Part shown: piece by piece, positions 1 through 12,774 of the stretch
How the letters are laid out: every line of letters starts with the position of its first letter
How positions within the stretch are numbered: the stretch's first letter is position 1
Source: Spongospora subterranea f. sp. subterranea
Taxonomy: Eukaryota
Direction: 5' to 3'
Assembly: GCA_049724395.1 (NCBI GenBank)
Contig: JAUGWO010000137.1
Span: 1 to 59,124, forward strand
DNA: 59,124 bases
Position numbers and translations under genes: made by a program
The notes under the pieces: generated by a model
What the model saw: only the letters and a program-made list of their open reading frames with translations
Database searches by the model: none
Told to the model about the DNA's origin: nothing

Positions 1-1926
1 TCAAGAAACCAAAGGAGCGAGTATCTTCGCATTTAACGCGAAGTGAATCAAACGGGCAGGATATCGTTAGCATGCAACTACTGCAGAAAGCGCTGCAATT
101 TTACCGCAGCGGAATTCAAGAAGAGTGGTTCTAGCACTGGCAACGGGATACTAAGCATATGAAAAATATGCATAAGATAATTTTCAGGCAATGATCAGGG
201 CAATACAACTTTGCGCTGTGGGCCGATGGACGCTTTTGTTCGCAAAACGTCACATATTGAAATGCAACTTGCGTCGAATCCAAATGTTTCGGATGCCCTG
301 ATTCGTGAGGCATTAGAAACTTTTGTTCTTGCCGAAACGGAACCGTTTACAATCGTTGAATCAGAGCCATTTCTAACACTTTTGAAAATATGTCTAAAAT
401 GCAAAGGGACAACGTGTTCATATAATTCTGCTGGCTTCTTCAAACCTTTCCAGCAAAATGCATATGCGTTTCAAAAGTTCCCATTTTATTCGAAAAACTG
501 CAGAGATCCCAGTTTTACCTTGCCAATCTGTGGATTAGTGCTAATCCAATTCTTGAGGCCTTCCTGGACTTTGACAGCTCTCTGTATCATGAAAAATGTC
601 GAGTCCATCTTGTCACGACGTCGAGAACAAGCATGAGCCTCTCACAATTTGCCAGATCGCAATAACCCAGAAACGCTTTTCTTTAGACTGGACTGCTTCT
701 TAACTTTTTCACAATGTATCGAAGCCGCGGTAGAAGCGGTGATGAAAAAATGTCAACCTCCGGTTCTTCATTTCCTGAGTCGTCACCAAGGCACCTTAAA
801 ATTGCCTGAACCGCCAGATTGATAATATGCGGCAGACATCGAATTCTGGACTCTTTCGGCTTCCACGAAGTCAAATTTTGAACATGTAACAGCGCTGAAA
901 GCTCTGTTACCAATGTGTCATTATTGGAAGCATTGTCCATTGTTAAACAACCCAGACGTTCGGCGATGGAAAACTCGTTGAGGGTCGAATTCACGATATC
1001 TGCCATCCCTGTTCCAGTGTGATCAGTTGTGTCCTCAAAAGCCACCAATCGCTCCTTCAAATTCCAGTTAGCGTCAACGTAGTGAGCTGTAATTGCCAAG
1101 AATGAGAATTGGTTTGAAGAGGTCCACATATCCAAGCAAAGATGCACAGCACCTGCGGTCGATGAGAACAGCTTCTTTAATTATGTTTCAAAACCTCGGT
1201 GCGTTTGACGACACCGTTGCGGAATGCGATGTCTGGAGAAAAGTATCCGACGCTTTCCCTCACGATGCCTGTTTTTATTGAGTTGTTTGCCTATTTAGAG
1301 GCCGAGGTCGAGAACACGAAAGATGGGCAGTTGAATAATGCCCTATGTGCTGCTCATGCATGTTTGGCAAAATACTATACCTTTACTGATGACTCTCCTT
1401 TTTATCTCCTCGCCGTCCTGTTGGATCCGCGATTTGAAAAGTCTTTTCTTGAAAGCAAAGACTTTGACGTTTTGTACCCAGGTTTAATCACTGGCACTGT
1501 TTCGCTGCTCAAAAAAATTAGTTTCAACGAAGAACCAAACGACAGGCCAGGCAAATAACAAAATCCACCTTCACGCATCACAACAACACGTGAACAAAGC
1601 ATTGCTGTCGTCAATGTTTTCTCATTCAACATCAAAAGATGACGTTTGCTTGGATGAAGTGGATAAGTACCTCAGGGTACCTTGCGAGGATCCAACCCAA
1701 GATCCGCTCCAATACTGGGGCATACACGAGAAACAGTTCCCAGGTCTTAGTGCTATTGCTAGGGATATTTTGAGTATTCCTGGCTCCTCAGTATCCGTTG
1801 AACGAGTATTCAATTGCGGCCGCGACATAATTGGGGCTCCGGCGCCATTCTCTAAAGCCAAAGACATTGAGCGCGTTGATGTTCGGCAAAAGCGCACTTA
1901 AGCAATAAACAACCTAGCGGCTTTGC
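1..1926 (+). mobile_element. hAT DNA transposon remnant (frameshifted transposase, internal inversion ~426-1227, 3' end truncated)
   Basis: + strand PFTIVESEPFLTLL (211-420). - strand catalytic region LDMWTSSNQFSFLAITAHY...TMDNASNN (683-1147). + strand YPTLS...LLDPRF and dimerisation motif DPLQYW...FPGLSAIARDILSIPGSSVSVERVFN (1228-1901). Near-identical to the copy at 52431-54040. Confidence 0.9.
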
Positions 1927-2490
1927 ATGCGATCAATATCTGGATACCAATTAATCCTGTGAACACATGGCCGTTGGCATTCATACCGGCCACTCAATGC
2001 GATGGGACTCGCACCAAGAATTGTCGTCATAGTCACGATCGCCAGCATCTGGTTCAATATCTTTTTTTGGTCCGAATCTACAAAATACGATTGGTACACA
2101 CGATACAACATGCAGCCCAATGAAGTTTATGTCTGGGATTCAAGGACTGTCGCCCATGCGGCCGTCAAAATAGGTGATGGTGAAGGCAAACGATCAGCCA
2201 TTAATACACGACTGTTGATCATGCACCCAAAAGAGGATCTGCCCTGCTCGGTACCGTCGCCCACAAAGAATTCTTTGTGCTATACTGATCGCCTTTTGGA
2301 GCAAGTGACGAGAAACTATTTTGGTGAAGCGACTCCAATTAAAAGATTGGCCGAAATGGGATATGACCGACCTTGTAAAGACCCTCCTAAAGCCCTGTCG
2401 CCATCACCGTCGAATGTTAAGTCCCATGTCAAACACAAACACGGGATACTCTGTCAAATTCGCAAATATCTTGGCGTTCGTCGTTGTTAA
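1926..2490 (+). pseudogene. 5'-truncated paralog of the AsaB/CmcJ-like oxygenase gene at 7772-8921
   Basis: INIWIPINPVNTWPLAFIP...YDWYTRYNMQPNEVYVWDSRTVAHAAV...KRSAINTR. Nucleotide similarity to 8363-9232 continues through the 3' flank to ~2790. +1 frameshift in a T run near 2062-2068. Confidence 0.85.
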
Positions 2491-3670
2491 TAAACAGTGC
2501 CAAATGCAATTTCCCATATCTGCTGCACCTTAACCGGCAATATCACAGTATGTTTTAAAATGTGCTGTCATAACGGTTATAAGTGGTGAAAAGTCTTCAC
2601 CATTCTCTATTGTCTGGCAGTGATGATTGTTCTAATTCTTTTTCCATGTTTCGTATTCATCGTCTACCATTCCGTCTCATTCCTTACCGTATAGACAATA
2701 ATGATGACCATCATCACTTGAATATGTCTGATCATCACAATCTACAAATTTGCAAATGCTCACCACGAGGCCATTCAGAATTCGAAAAGGTCAGTCTGTA
2801 TAAAATTTAAAATCACTCCGCAATCTACTGCGCAAGTCACGGATCGACAACATGGTGGCGACGATCGATCGTGTTGCTGGTGGATGGAGTCGGCTGGCAC
2901 CAAGGGTGACAGTCTAGGGATGCCTGGCGGGGTAGTCTTCCTGGTAATGACTGCAACTCCAATGGAACCATGCCTGCAGTACTCCCAATTGGGAACAGCA
3001 GTCAAAAGCTGTTCTCGTCGTTCATCAAATGCCACTGTTTGGTGTGAGAAGAAAGGACGGGACGCGAGCTTCAGAGATTATATGCCCGACCCAAGAAAGT
3101 GGCAGCTGATTGCCACCCTAAAAGTCAGAAATACGCATTTCATGGATTTTTAGAATGTTTAAAGGCTAGTAAATGGTTGGAGTCGTTTGCAATAAGGAAA
3201 AGAAGTGGAAGGAGCTGGAGAGAGGTGGGTACAGAAGAAAGCTCTAACCATGGCACATCGCAGAGGACTTTCAACGTAATCCTTGTTAGACTCAAACATA
3301 CTTGGGCTAACAAAACGCAATCTGAGCAGCGTATAAAGCTCTGCTTACACATGGTAAGGTCTTTGACCAAATCTTGTGATCATCGCAACGGATCCCCGTC
3401 CAATGCTTTGCGCCCGAAACCCCTTCCTTGTGTTGGCACCGATAAAATTGAAAAGATCACCAAAACTAAACCGAAAATTCAATGCGAAAACAGACAACAA
3501 ATCAGCAAACACAGAATCAGCCCAAACCACGACAATAAAACTAAAACAGTTACCGCACGCACGAAACAGCAGACAGGGACGCAAACCTGAAGAAGCGACG
3601 TAAGACTAAATCTCGATTCGCCACAACGAACGCGGGGGCTCAAAACACAGATGAAAAGAAACCATGGAAT

Positions 3671-4978
3671 GTGTCACCTGCAAGGCAGACGGACATCGTG
3701 CAAAGGCATGCCCACACAAGATTATATTTGATTGATTGGGAAAAGGAAGACGTAAAAATTGACGAAATAAGATTAGCTTCCACCATTATAATTGCCGATA
3801 CTTCACCAAAAATTGTTGTAGAATTTAATCAAATAAAAATGAATCAGGCCAGGAAAACAGAAGATCGACACGGTAATGCCGGAAAGCTAAAAAGTCAAAT
3901 GCCCAACGAATGCAAAGACCTGACAGTACGAACAAAGAAAAAAGAAGACAACAAACTGCAACGAGAAAATCGGAACGGTCTCCACCCTACTTGTGTCATG
4001 GAAATATACAGCAAAACTTACATATTTAAAGACGTTTTGGGGATAGGAAACTGTGCATTGGAAGCGATCCGAACAACAGGGCTTATTCCTAACACATCTG
4101 TACAACGGTTGATAACGGACATCTGTCAATACGCCAGAAATCCACAGCAAGGACGGACTATAGCACAGGCCATATTGAACTATGCAGGATCATTGCCAAA
4201 TCAAGACGATCTCTCACTGGATGTATACCTCGACATAATGCAAAGAGATTGTCAATGGGCTGGACTATTTGAGCTAACAATTGCGTCATTTATGCTCAAA
4301 ATCAACATCATCATAATAAGTCATTCAACAAAACCTTTTAGCACAAATATCCGAAAATGGATTGATAACTCCTTTCCAAAGCTTCGAGATACCTCGGAAT
4401 GGAATACGACAATACACCTATTGCATCATAAACAGGGAAACCCATTGAACCCAATGGAACACAGCAGGCTCAACCACTATGCAACTCTATTCCCGATAAA
4501 TATCGAAGTCCGAAACGCAAAACTGACTGAAATGATGACAGAAGCACAATGTGAACAGTACATCTCTCAATACAAAGAGAATGCCACTACTGATAACGTC
4601 ACACAAAAAGCAGACGCAGCTACCGAAGAACACAGCAACTATAACTCAAATTTAATTCACAAAAACGATGGAACACCAAACAGTGACTGTAAAGAACTCT
4701 CCTGTGGCAGCAGGTCAAAACAGGGCCTTATACCAACAGAAACTGATAATAGAATGAAAAACATGAACAAAATCAGACTCACACCCAATAGAAGCAACAA
4801 ACGACTCTTTCCATTCTGCACTGAGGATGACAAACATGCCAGGGTCCATGAATTCAAACTGAAAAAATTTAAGCCACAGCCAACAAATAAGCGAGTCTTG
4901 GAAACTGAGGAGGAAGTTCAGGGCCATATCTCCAAAAGGAGACACCCCAATGAAACGAGCCCGAATGCAGCCAAATGA
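3671..4978 (+). CDS. LINE ORF with OTU-like cysteine protease domain
   Basis: VLGIGNCALEAI (Cys box), YLDIMQRDCQWAGLFEL...LKINIIII (OTU W-G-x-x-E motif), IHLLHH...NHYATL (His box). Confidence 0.7.
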   Translation: MSPARQTDIVQRHAHTRLYLIDWEKEDVKIDEIRLASTIIIADTSPKIVVEFNQIKMNQARKTEDRHGNAGKLKSQMPNECKDLTVRTKKKEDNKLQRENRNGLHPTCVMEIYSKTYIFKDVLGIGNCALEAIRTTGLIPNTSVQRLITDICQYARNPQQGRTIAQAILNYAGSLPNQDDLSLDVYLDIMQRDCQWAGLFELTIASFMLKINIIIISHSTKPFSTNIRKWIDNSFPKLRDTSEWNTTIHLLHHKQGNPLNPMEHSRLNHYATLFPINIEVRNAKLTEMMTEAQCEQYISQYKENATTDNVTQKADAATEEHSNYNSNLIHKNDGTPNSDCKELSCGSRSKQGLIPTETDNRMKNMNKIRLTPNRSNKRLFPFCTEDDKHARVHEFKLKKFKPQPTNKRVLETEEEVQGHISKRRHPNETSPNAAK

Positions 4979-5269
4979 CAGATATCCCATCAATGGTCCA
5001 ACCAGTTCCAGGACCACGCAACCTTGCCAGCATAAACTGATGCAATCCCGAATCACCCAGTTTCTTAAACCTAATCACAAAACCCAAAAAATACTTCTAG
5101 GAAACACAACAACTAAACACCAACTGGTAACACAACAATTACCAAAACTCATCCCGCTACGAAATGAGACCAGGAAAAAAGCAAACCGTATTACCAACTA
5201 CTTCAACACAGAACAAAATACGAGACTCTTTGAGAAAAAACACACAGGACTAAACCAGATCGCCAATCA

Positions 5270-7440
5270 CGACTATCGAATTGTACAATGGAATGCCGGC
5301 CGGCTGACAGAGATTAAGTCTTACGAACTGGCTCGGTTCACAAACAAACACAAAATAGACGTTATATGCATATCCGAACTTGGCCACAGAAGAAGAATAA
5401 CCGGATTCCCTAATTATCACTGCAGCGATACATTCACTCAATCAGCAATATTCTGGAGGGAGGGATTGGACATCAGAACAATTAACTGCCCCACAATCAG
5501 TTAGATTTGAAAAATCGCGAATCAATACGCAACTACTACTATTGAATAAGGAAATAATGTCAAACGTTTCTCCCCTTCGTCCAAAGTTGGAAAGCCCACG
5601 CTAATTTGAGCAGTGACCATCTGCCAACAATTATCAAAACTACCATCCCAACAAGGCGGCAAAAGCGCACAAACACGCTGAAAGAACACATCAAAATAAT
5701 CGATAATGAGAGAACCATGAACACGCTCATGGAGCGAATCACAAACATGACCCGCGATCAACTGACTTTAACAAATATTCACAGGACTATAGCAGGGTCG
5801 ATCCACCACAAAACTATTCGTGGCAACGCATGTCCCTTCTGGAACGAAGAACTGAAAATCGCATACAAGCGAAGGAACCGCGCCAAAACAAAATGGCAGC
5901 AATCAATGGTGAAACAGCACCGAGCTGACCGTACCGAGAAAAGGAAACGAAAATTACAGAAACTAGACACACGCTTCAAAACCTATTTAAAAAACACAAA
6001 CACAAACACTGACTTAGGCTGGCAAAAGAAGCTAGTAAGGACATTACGGGAACAGCAACGTGGAAGTTGCTGAAAACCCTGATTCCGCAAACAAACAAAA
6101 AGCATCGTATCTTCGCAACACATACCAACAATGCATTTGAAGAAGCAAATATAATCGCAGAAAATTTCAGCGCCATTTATAACCCACTCGATCTTGAGCT
6201 ATCCAAAGATGAGCGAACAAAATACAATGAATTGGTCATGGACCTAAAACGGCGAAGGGCTTGTAGCCATGCACCACCCATCACAAAAAGAGAGCTGGAC
6301 AGGGCAGCGACAAAAGCAAAAAGTAGAGCAGCTCCTGGAATAGAAGGGATCTCTTCAAAACTTCTAAAACAAATATGTGCAAATGACAGATTAGCAGACA
6401 GCGTCAGACAAGCGATTAACAATGACATCATTGTGAAAAGGTCATTCCCAGATACCTTGAAGATGGCAAAAATAACTCCTTTACCGAAATCAAAACCCGG
6501 TGACTACCGCCCGAGAGCCTTGTTGACTTCATTGGCAAAATTAGTTGAAGGTATCATTGAACATCGACTACGCCAGCAATCAGAGAAGCACATTCCGAAG
6601 AATCAGTCAGGCTGCAGACCAGCTCACAGCACCTCACATGCGTTGCTTAGACTCCTACACAATTCAGGCATTGCTGCCGCATCAAAAAATCGATTTGCTG
6701 TGGTCCTATACGACTACATGAAAGCTTTTGACAGAGTCCAACGGCCACTCTTGATAGAAAAATTGAATCGCATGGGAATAGAACCATATTTAACACTGTT
6801 GATCGATAGCTGGTTAACGAACCGAATGTACGAGGTGCATTTTCGAAATGTGCGATCATCACAGTTTGAGCAGAATAATGGAATTCCACAGGGATCCAGT
6901 ATCAGTGTTCTACTGTGGATATTGTATATCTATGATGCACCTTTAAATATGAACAATAGCAACGTATATGTTGACGACACTACACAATGGGAACATGGCA
7001 CTTCTAAGAAAGAGGTCGCTGATAACCTACAAAAAAGCAGCAGCGAACTGTATAAATAATGCAAGGCCAACAAAATCAAATTACAATGGATGAAGACATT
7101 TCTTCTGTTTAATAGATACGAAGACTCAGACAAATTAGTGGTTGATGCAAATCACAAAATCCTCACTGCGAAAACAATGAAATACCTTGGGGCTAATCTC
7201 TTGGCAAATCCAGCTAGCAACAAATCAACAATTCTGATTGATATGACAGAATCGGCAAGACGGCAACCGACATTCGACGACGCTGCAAGTTAATGAGACT
7301 ATTGAGGCAATTTAAACTACTTACGAAGCTGTTCCCACAAATCTGTAAAGGATTCATTGGAGGCAAACTCAACTACTATCTATCATGGATAGCAGGAGAG
7401 ATGACGAGCACCACCTTCAGACCAATGGAAATACTTCCTC
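5270..7440 (+). pseudogene. LINE ORF2 (AP endonuclease + reverse transcriptase), frameshifted
   Basis: ORFs 4950-5504, 5606-6073, 6067-7059, 7090-7293 and 7293-7514 carry consecutive APE, RT and thumb (KYLG) motifs. Confidence 0.9.
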
Positions 7441-7771
7441 AGTCCCATACGCCATTTTTTGCGGGATTAACGGCATTTTATTACAAAAACTGTTTATTTT
7501 CTGTACAAACGTAGCTTTACGCGTGCTTATTATGTTGATGCAATTTGTTCGCCGAAATTGAAAAAGATGGTATCGCCAAGTAAGTAAATGCTGATATGGA
7601 GTTGACGCCGCCAATGATATGGGGGGATGATATTGCACCAAAAAATAACGATACACTGACGGAATGAAGTTTCCCTTCTTTTGGATGAATAAAATCACTG
7701 TACATTCATGACAGGTTCACAAGGGTCAGGGTTAAAAATTAGTTGGCCGGTCGGTGACAATCCCTGGAGGA

Positions 7772-8921
7772 ATGGCGTATATTGCACTGTTGGCTGTGTT
7801 TCAGTCCTTATGGCTTGTGACCAATTGCCATCAAGAGAGGGAACTTACTGGAACTGCTCAATTATATGGACCCAAAGCTGAATGGGGTGTCGTTACTGAT
7901 GTGAAGGCTACATTGATTCCATTGGAGGAGCCAACAGTGGCAGCGCCACCGATGAGGTGGATTGACACTTTGAAATTGCCGAAGAAATTTGATGTTTTGC
8001 GAATGGAAGAGCCGCTGAAAACAGAGATAGACTCTTTGGAATCGCTGCCGGACTATCAATGCAGCCATCAATTCGCTGAGCTAATCCAAAAAGCCATTTA
8101 TAAGGACATCCCCAAGGAACATGCCAATTGGATAGTCATTCCATGGGGTTTCTCACGATATTTCACAGATAAGGTAAATGCGGCACCGGCGCATATGGAT
8201 GTGCTTCGCGATGCTGACATTGCCGCCCTGTTGCAAGACTACGAGCATTGGTCTATTGACATCATGGAGTTCTTGGCAAAGAATAACGACGTCAAGTCCA
8301 GTGCACTGGCACATTATGATGGCAACGTTGAACAATACGCAATCGAAATGTTGACGCTCGATCATACGATCAATATCTGGGTACCACTTAAACCTGTTCA
8401 AGATTGGCCATTGGCATTCATACCGGCCGATCAATGCGATGAGACTCGGACCATGATTGGTCCTTTCAGTTCTTGTAAAAGGCAGCATCTTCAATACCTT
8501 TTGACGTCCGAAACTACAGAATACGATTGGTACACACGATAACATGCAGCCCGTTGAAGTTTATGTCTGGGATTCAAGGACTGTCGCCCATGCGGCCGTC
8601 AAAATAGGTGATGGGAAAGGCAAACGATCATACCTTGCTACGCGACTGCTGATCATGCACCCAAAATATGATCTGTCCCCCTCGGTATCATCGCCCACAA
8701 AGGACTCTGATCTGTGCTATACCGATCGCCTTTTCGACCAAGTATGGAGACTCTTTCTTTGTGAACGGACTGCAACTATGAGATTGGCCGAAATGGGATA
8801 TGGTCGACGTTGTAAAGACCCTCCTACAGCTCTGTCGCCATCACCGTCGATTGTTCAATCCCATGTCAAACACAAACGCGGGATTCTCTGTCAACTTCTC
8901 AAACCTTTTTGCATTGGTTAA
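7772..8921 (+). CDS. Signal-peptide protein, AsaB/CmcJ/NvfI-like Fe(II)/2-oxoglutarate oxygenase; 2-nt deletion at ~8540 splits the frame
   Basis: Hydrophobic N-terminus MAYIALLAVFQSLWLVTNC. HxD (AHMD), INIWVPLKPVQDWPLAF, W-Y...MQPVEVYVWDS, distal His (AHAAV), KRSYLATR. The paralog reads gatacaacatg where this copy reads gataacatg. Confidence 0.65.
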
Positions 8922-9255
8922 TAAAGAGTGACAAATGCGATTTCCCATTTGCGGTTTCTGCTGCACCTTAACAGGCAATATCACAATATGTTTCAAAATG
9001 TGTTGTCATAACGGTTATAAGTGGTGAAATGTCTTCACCATTCTCTATTGTCTGGCAGTACTTGTTATTTTAATTCTTGTTCCTTGTTTCGTATTCATCG
9101 TCCATCCATTCCGGTTCCTCTCATCCCTTACCGTATAAACATTATTAATGACCATTATTACTTGAATATATCTGATCATCACAATCCTCTACAAGTTTTC
9201 AAATGCTCACCACGAGGCCGTTCAGAAGTCGACCTGGGTATTATTTTAGAATGAA

Positions 9256-9790
9256 CATGTTCGTCCAAAAACAATTGTCCAAGTTTATATCGAGCTTTGT
9301 AAGTTGATGATTTCCAGGGAATTCACCGCTCCTCCTGTGCAATTCGAATAGGTCCTGTAGTTCAGCATGCGCCTGATACACCCTCTCCGAATGAAGTATT
9401 TCACATCGGTATACGCGGTTGCCCCGCGGTCCATTGATGACCATCCTGCCATCGACAGAAGTGTGGCATAAATCTTCCTGGAACTGCACACCCGTCGCCT
9501 GGTGCCGCTGCAAACAGCCCAGCAACATTCAGCACACAATGGATCTGTTCCCAACTTAACGAAGCCAATGTGTGTCCCCTCTCGTCGTCTGCGATCGCCC
9601 AGCGTGACAGGTCATGCCGGCACCAACATCTCGTAGTCCCTCAGAAAGTTTAGCTTGTGGCGCCATGTCTGAGGACTCCCCGCTGTCCATCAGCCAGGCG
9701 CTCTTGTCCTGGTCGTCCTCCTTGTGACTCGCCGTAAACATCACCTCTGAAGCTACACTCGCTCCCTGATTCTCCTTGGATTATCGACAT
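9256..9790 (-). mobile_element. Ty1/Copia pol remnant (protease region)
   Basis: AWLMDSGESSDM matches the Copia WxxDSGASxHM motif; downstream frames are broken. Confidence 0.65.
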
Positions 9791-11821
9791 GCCGCCCCCC
9801 AAACAACAGCTGTTCAAACCGAGCATCGCCCGCAACACCGCTATCCTGGAAAATGCTGAAAAGAGTTGCAAAGATGTGGCGCCACCAGGCTTCGGCCTGA
9901 GTCAAATTCCAGATACGCCTGTTAATAGTCTGACTTTGCACAGCCCAGAATCTTTCGTCACAGCCAGTTGGTGTATTCAAAGACATTTCATGCTGTTCCT
10001 CTCATAATACAGTCAACTACACATCCCTTTGTTTCTGATCAACCTTCGCCAGACGACATAAATATATCAGCAATCCATGGTTTCGCTTCATCCACGATGA
10101 AGCTCGGCCTATTGCGACTGTATTTATTGCCGGCGACCCCGAACCGCATTATGTTGTCATGGATTAACCATTTTCCAATTCAGTCAATCCAGACCTAGCA
10201 TTAGAAGCCACTCTGACGACTATTCTCGAAACAAACCAGCAATAGGGCCCATAGCCATTCAAAACTGACTTCAAAGCTGCTATTGGCATTGGATTCTTTA
10301 CCGTTTTGTCAAAATATTAATAACATTGAACTTGAATCATCTCGACACTCAGTAAAACCCTAAAATTTGGTGAACTGTTCGTGAAAAAGATCGACCTTGT
10401 TGAACTGAAACATTTTCACAATCAGATTTCTTTAGGACTTGATCTCTTTTAAGAAATTGATGAAGATAAAAAACTGTTCAGGATGATTTGATTGTCAGGA
10501 GCGAGAGAAATACATTGTGGACATCATGAGTGGCCGATTGCAGAAATGCTTTTGAAATAGAATTAGACCACGAATTTGATTGAGAAAACACCACGACATA
10601 AAGTAGCTGAATGTTTTGCTAATGGTAGGTCTGAAAAGTTTAGTGATAAACTGTTGCATTTGCTGTTGTGGAACAGAAATTTTGGAGACGAAAACTTGGT
10701 CCTGATCCACAGGTTTCGGCCACTCAAACCATGGGACTTCTTGCACGAATTTTCTTCCCAACTGGAGAGATTTGGCTTTGTTTAGGAGAATTATAACTGG
10801 TTGGGCTAACCGACCTTAGCTGTACCTAAATCTGGACGCAAAATGAATATCCCATTTTGTGTGTGGTTTGAAGAGTGAATGGTCTAGGTCAACCTACTGC
10901 CATGTCATTGCCGTTTGTACTCCTTATATAAGAAAATCAAAATTGGTTCTTTCTCGATGCTTTCAACGGATTTTGGATAATGCCCTAGGCGGAGCAATGT
11001 CAAGAAAGTGTTCTGAGTTCATGACAGGTTGTGGTGTATTCACATTGAGATGATCAATTCTGGTTTTTTTTACATTCTGCAACTCAATGAGATTTTTGTT
11101 CATCTCTTTATTGAATCATTCATTGATAATTTGGATTGATTATCTTCTGGGGCATGCAGGCTTTGAAGATGGCTGGTACAACAGAGTTGTACTGTTTGTG
11201 GAATATCGCATGATCCCCACGAATTGAAGCCTGATGCGAGCTGCTGAACTGATGTACCCCAGAAGTCAACTACCAGTTCTTGTCCTGAAGAAATCGGATA
11301 ATATTCCTTTAGCCGTAATGCGATGTTCCACCAGACTAACATCGACAACTGCTCTACGTCTTTGACCATTGATAGCCATGACTGACAAATAGTTCAAGAG
11401 GGTGTTGATGCTTCAACATAAAATATTTACCTGAAAGCAATTGATCTACAGGAGACAGAGTTGAGCAAACAACAGATGGCGATAAGAAGTCGAAAAGACC
11501 CAAAGACGAACGATGAATAGTGATGACCAGTAGATACTCCTTGAAGAGAGAGAGGAAGTGATGTTCGATCAGTGTCATGATTTGAAAGCGTTTCAGCGCC
11601 AAGTTTCATGATTTGATTGTGGACGTCATCTGAAATAAAGCGGTTTTGAGGTAGCAGTGCCAACAGTGCTTGTTGCAGAGATGCAATATTGATCCAACAG
11701 CAATGTTCCATATATATATACATCCCGGGAACCGGTCGCTCGACCCAAAAATGAATAAACTCAGTTTGGTCGCTGAATCGATGACAGAATCAAACTTTAG
11801 CGTCGATGGCAATTTCAAAAC

Positions 11822-12400
11822 CCACAAACAGTCCACTTCATGTTGAGGGAATTAGATCTTTCCATGTAACTGTTGAGGTCAAGATCGAACCAGAATATCG
11901 AAGAGAATCATCGGGTCTTTCCACACCACAGTCCACTTCGTGTTGAGGTAATTAGATCTTTCCATGTAACTGTTGAGGTCAAGATCGAACCAGAATATCG
12001 AAGAGAATCATCGGGTCTTTCCACACCACAGTCCACTTCGTGTTGAGGTAATTAGATCTTTCCATGTAACTGTTGAGGTCAAGATCGAACCAGAATACAC
12101 CACAGTCCACTTCGTGTTGAGGTAATTAGATCTTTCCATGTAAATGTTGAGGTCAAGATGAACCAGAATACACCACAGTCCACTTCGTGTTGAGGTAATT
12201 AGATCTTTCCATGTAAATGTTGAGGTCAAGATGAATACACCACAGTCCACTTCGTGTTGAGGGATCTTTCCATGTAAATGTTGAGGTCAAGATCGATCCA
12301 GAATACACCACAGTCCACTTCGTGTTGAGGTAATTAGATCTTTCCATGTAAATGTTGAGGTCAAGATCGAACCAGAATATCAACGAAAATCATCGGGTCC
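11822..12400. repeat. Tandem repeat, ~60-100 bp variable units, ~7 copies
   Basis: Recurring ccacagtccacttcgtgttgaggtaattagatctttccatgtaa(c/a)tgttgaggtcaagatcgaaccagaata. Confidence 0.95.
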
Positions 12401-12774
12401 TTCAACTGATTGCTCGGGTATCAGAGTGGTTAACTTGTTTTGAGGGTTCGATATCGGTTGAACAGAGTGGTAGAGTATTAACTAGGTAGATCTTTTCGAG
12501 TTTCTTCTGGATGTTTGGCCGAGTAACGACCTCAGCCGTACCTTTCCGACAGGTTCGTGCCTCAGAAATTGTCGATTACATTCATTCCCAATTCATCGTC
12601 TCATTCGATAGTGCTCCCATCTCGCTGATCAGTTCAGTGACAACTGCCCCGATATCGCCATACAGTAGCAATCGTCGGTCTCCGTCCTCAACTTGTTTTT
12701 GCAAACTCTAATCCAAATCATTTGTGTCGACCTGCTCCAGGGATTTGAACTCTCTCAAAGCTTCATTGTTCAAG

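Larger units (their letters stand above)
2814..7440 (+). mobile_element. Non-LTR retrotransposon (APE-type LINE, I/Jockey/Ingi-like), degenerate, 3' end lost
   Basis: 5' leader shared with 56325-56475. OTU-like ORF, then APE endonuclease motifs (IVQWNA, DVICISE, SDHLP) and RT motifs (APGIEGI, YRP, QSGCR, DYMKAFDRV, GIPQGS, YVDD), broken by stops and frameshifts. Confidence 0.9.

Noticed and set aside
2814..3120. HDV-like ribozyme or 2A peptide at the LINE 5' end
   Set aside because: I could not find the HDV nested double-pseudoknot core or a DxExNPGP motif by eye; kept only as an unclassified structured leader.
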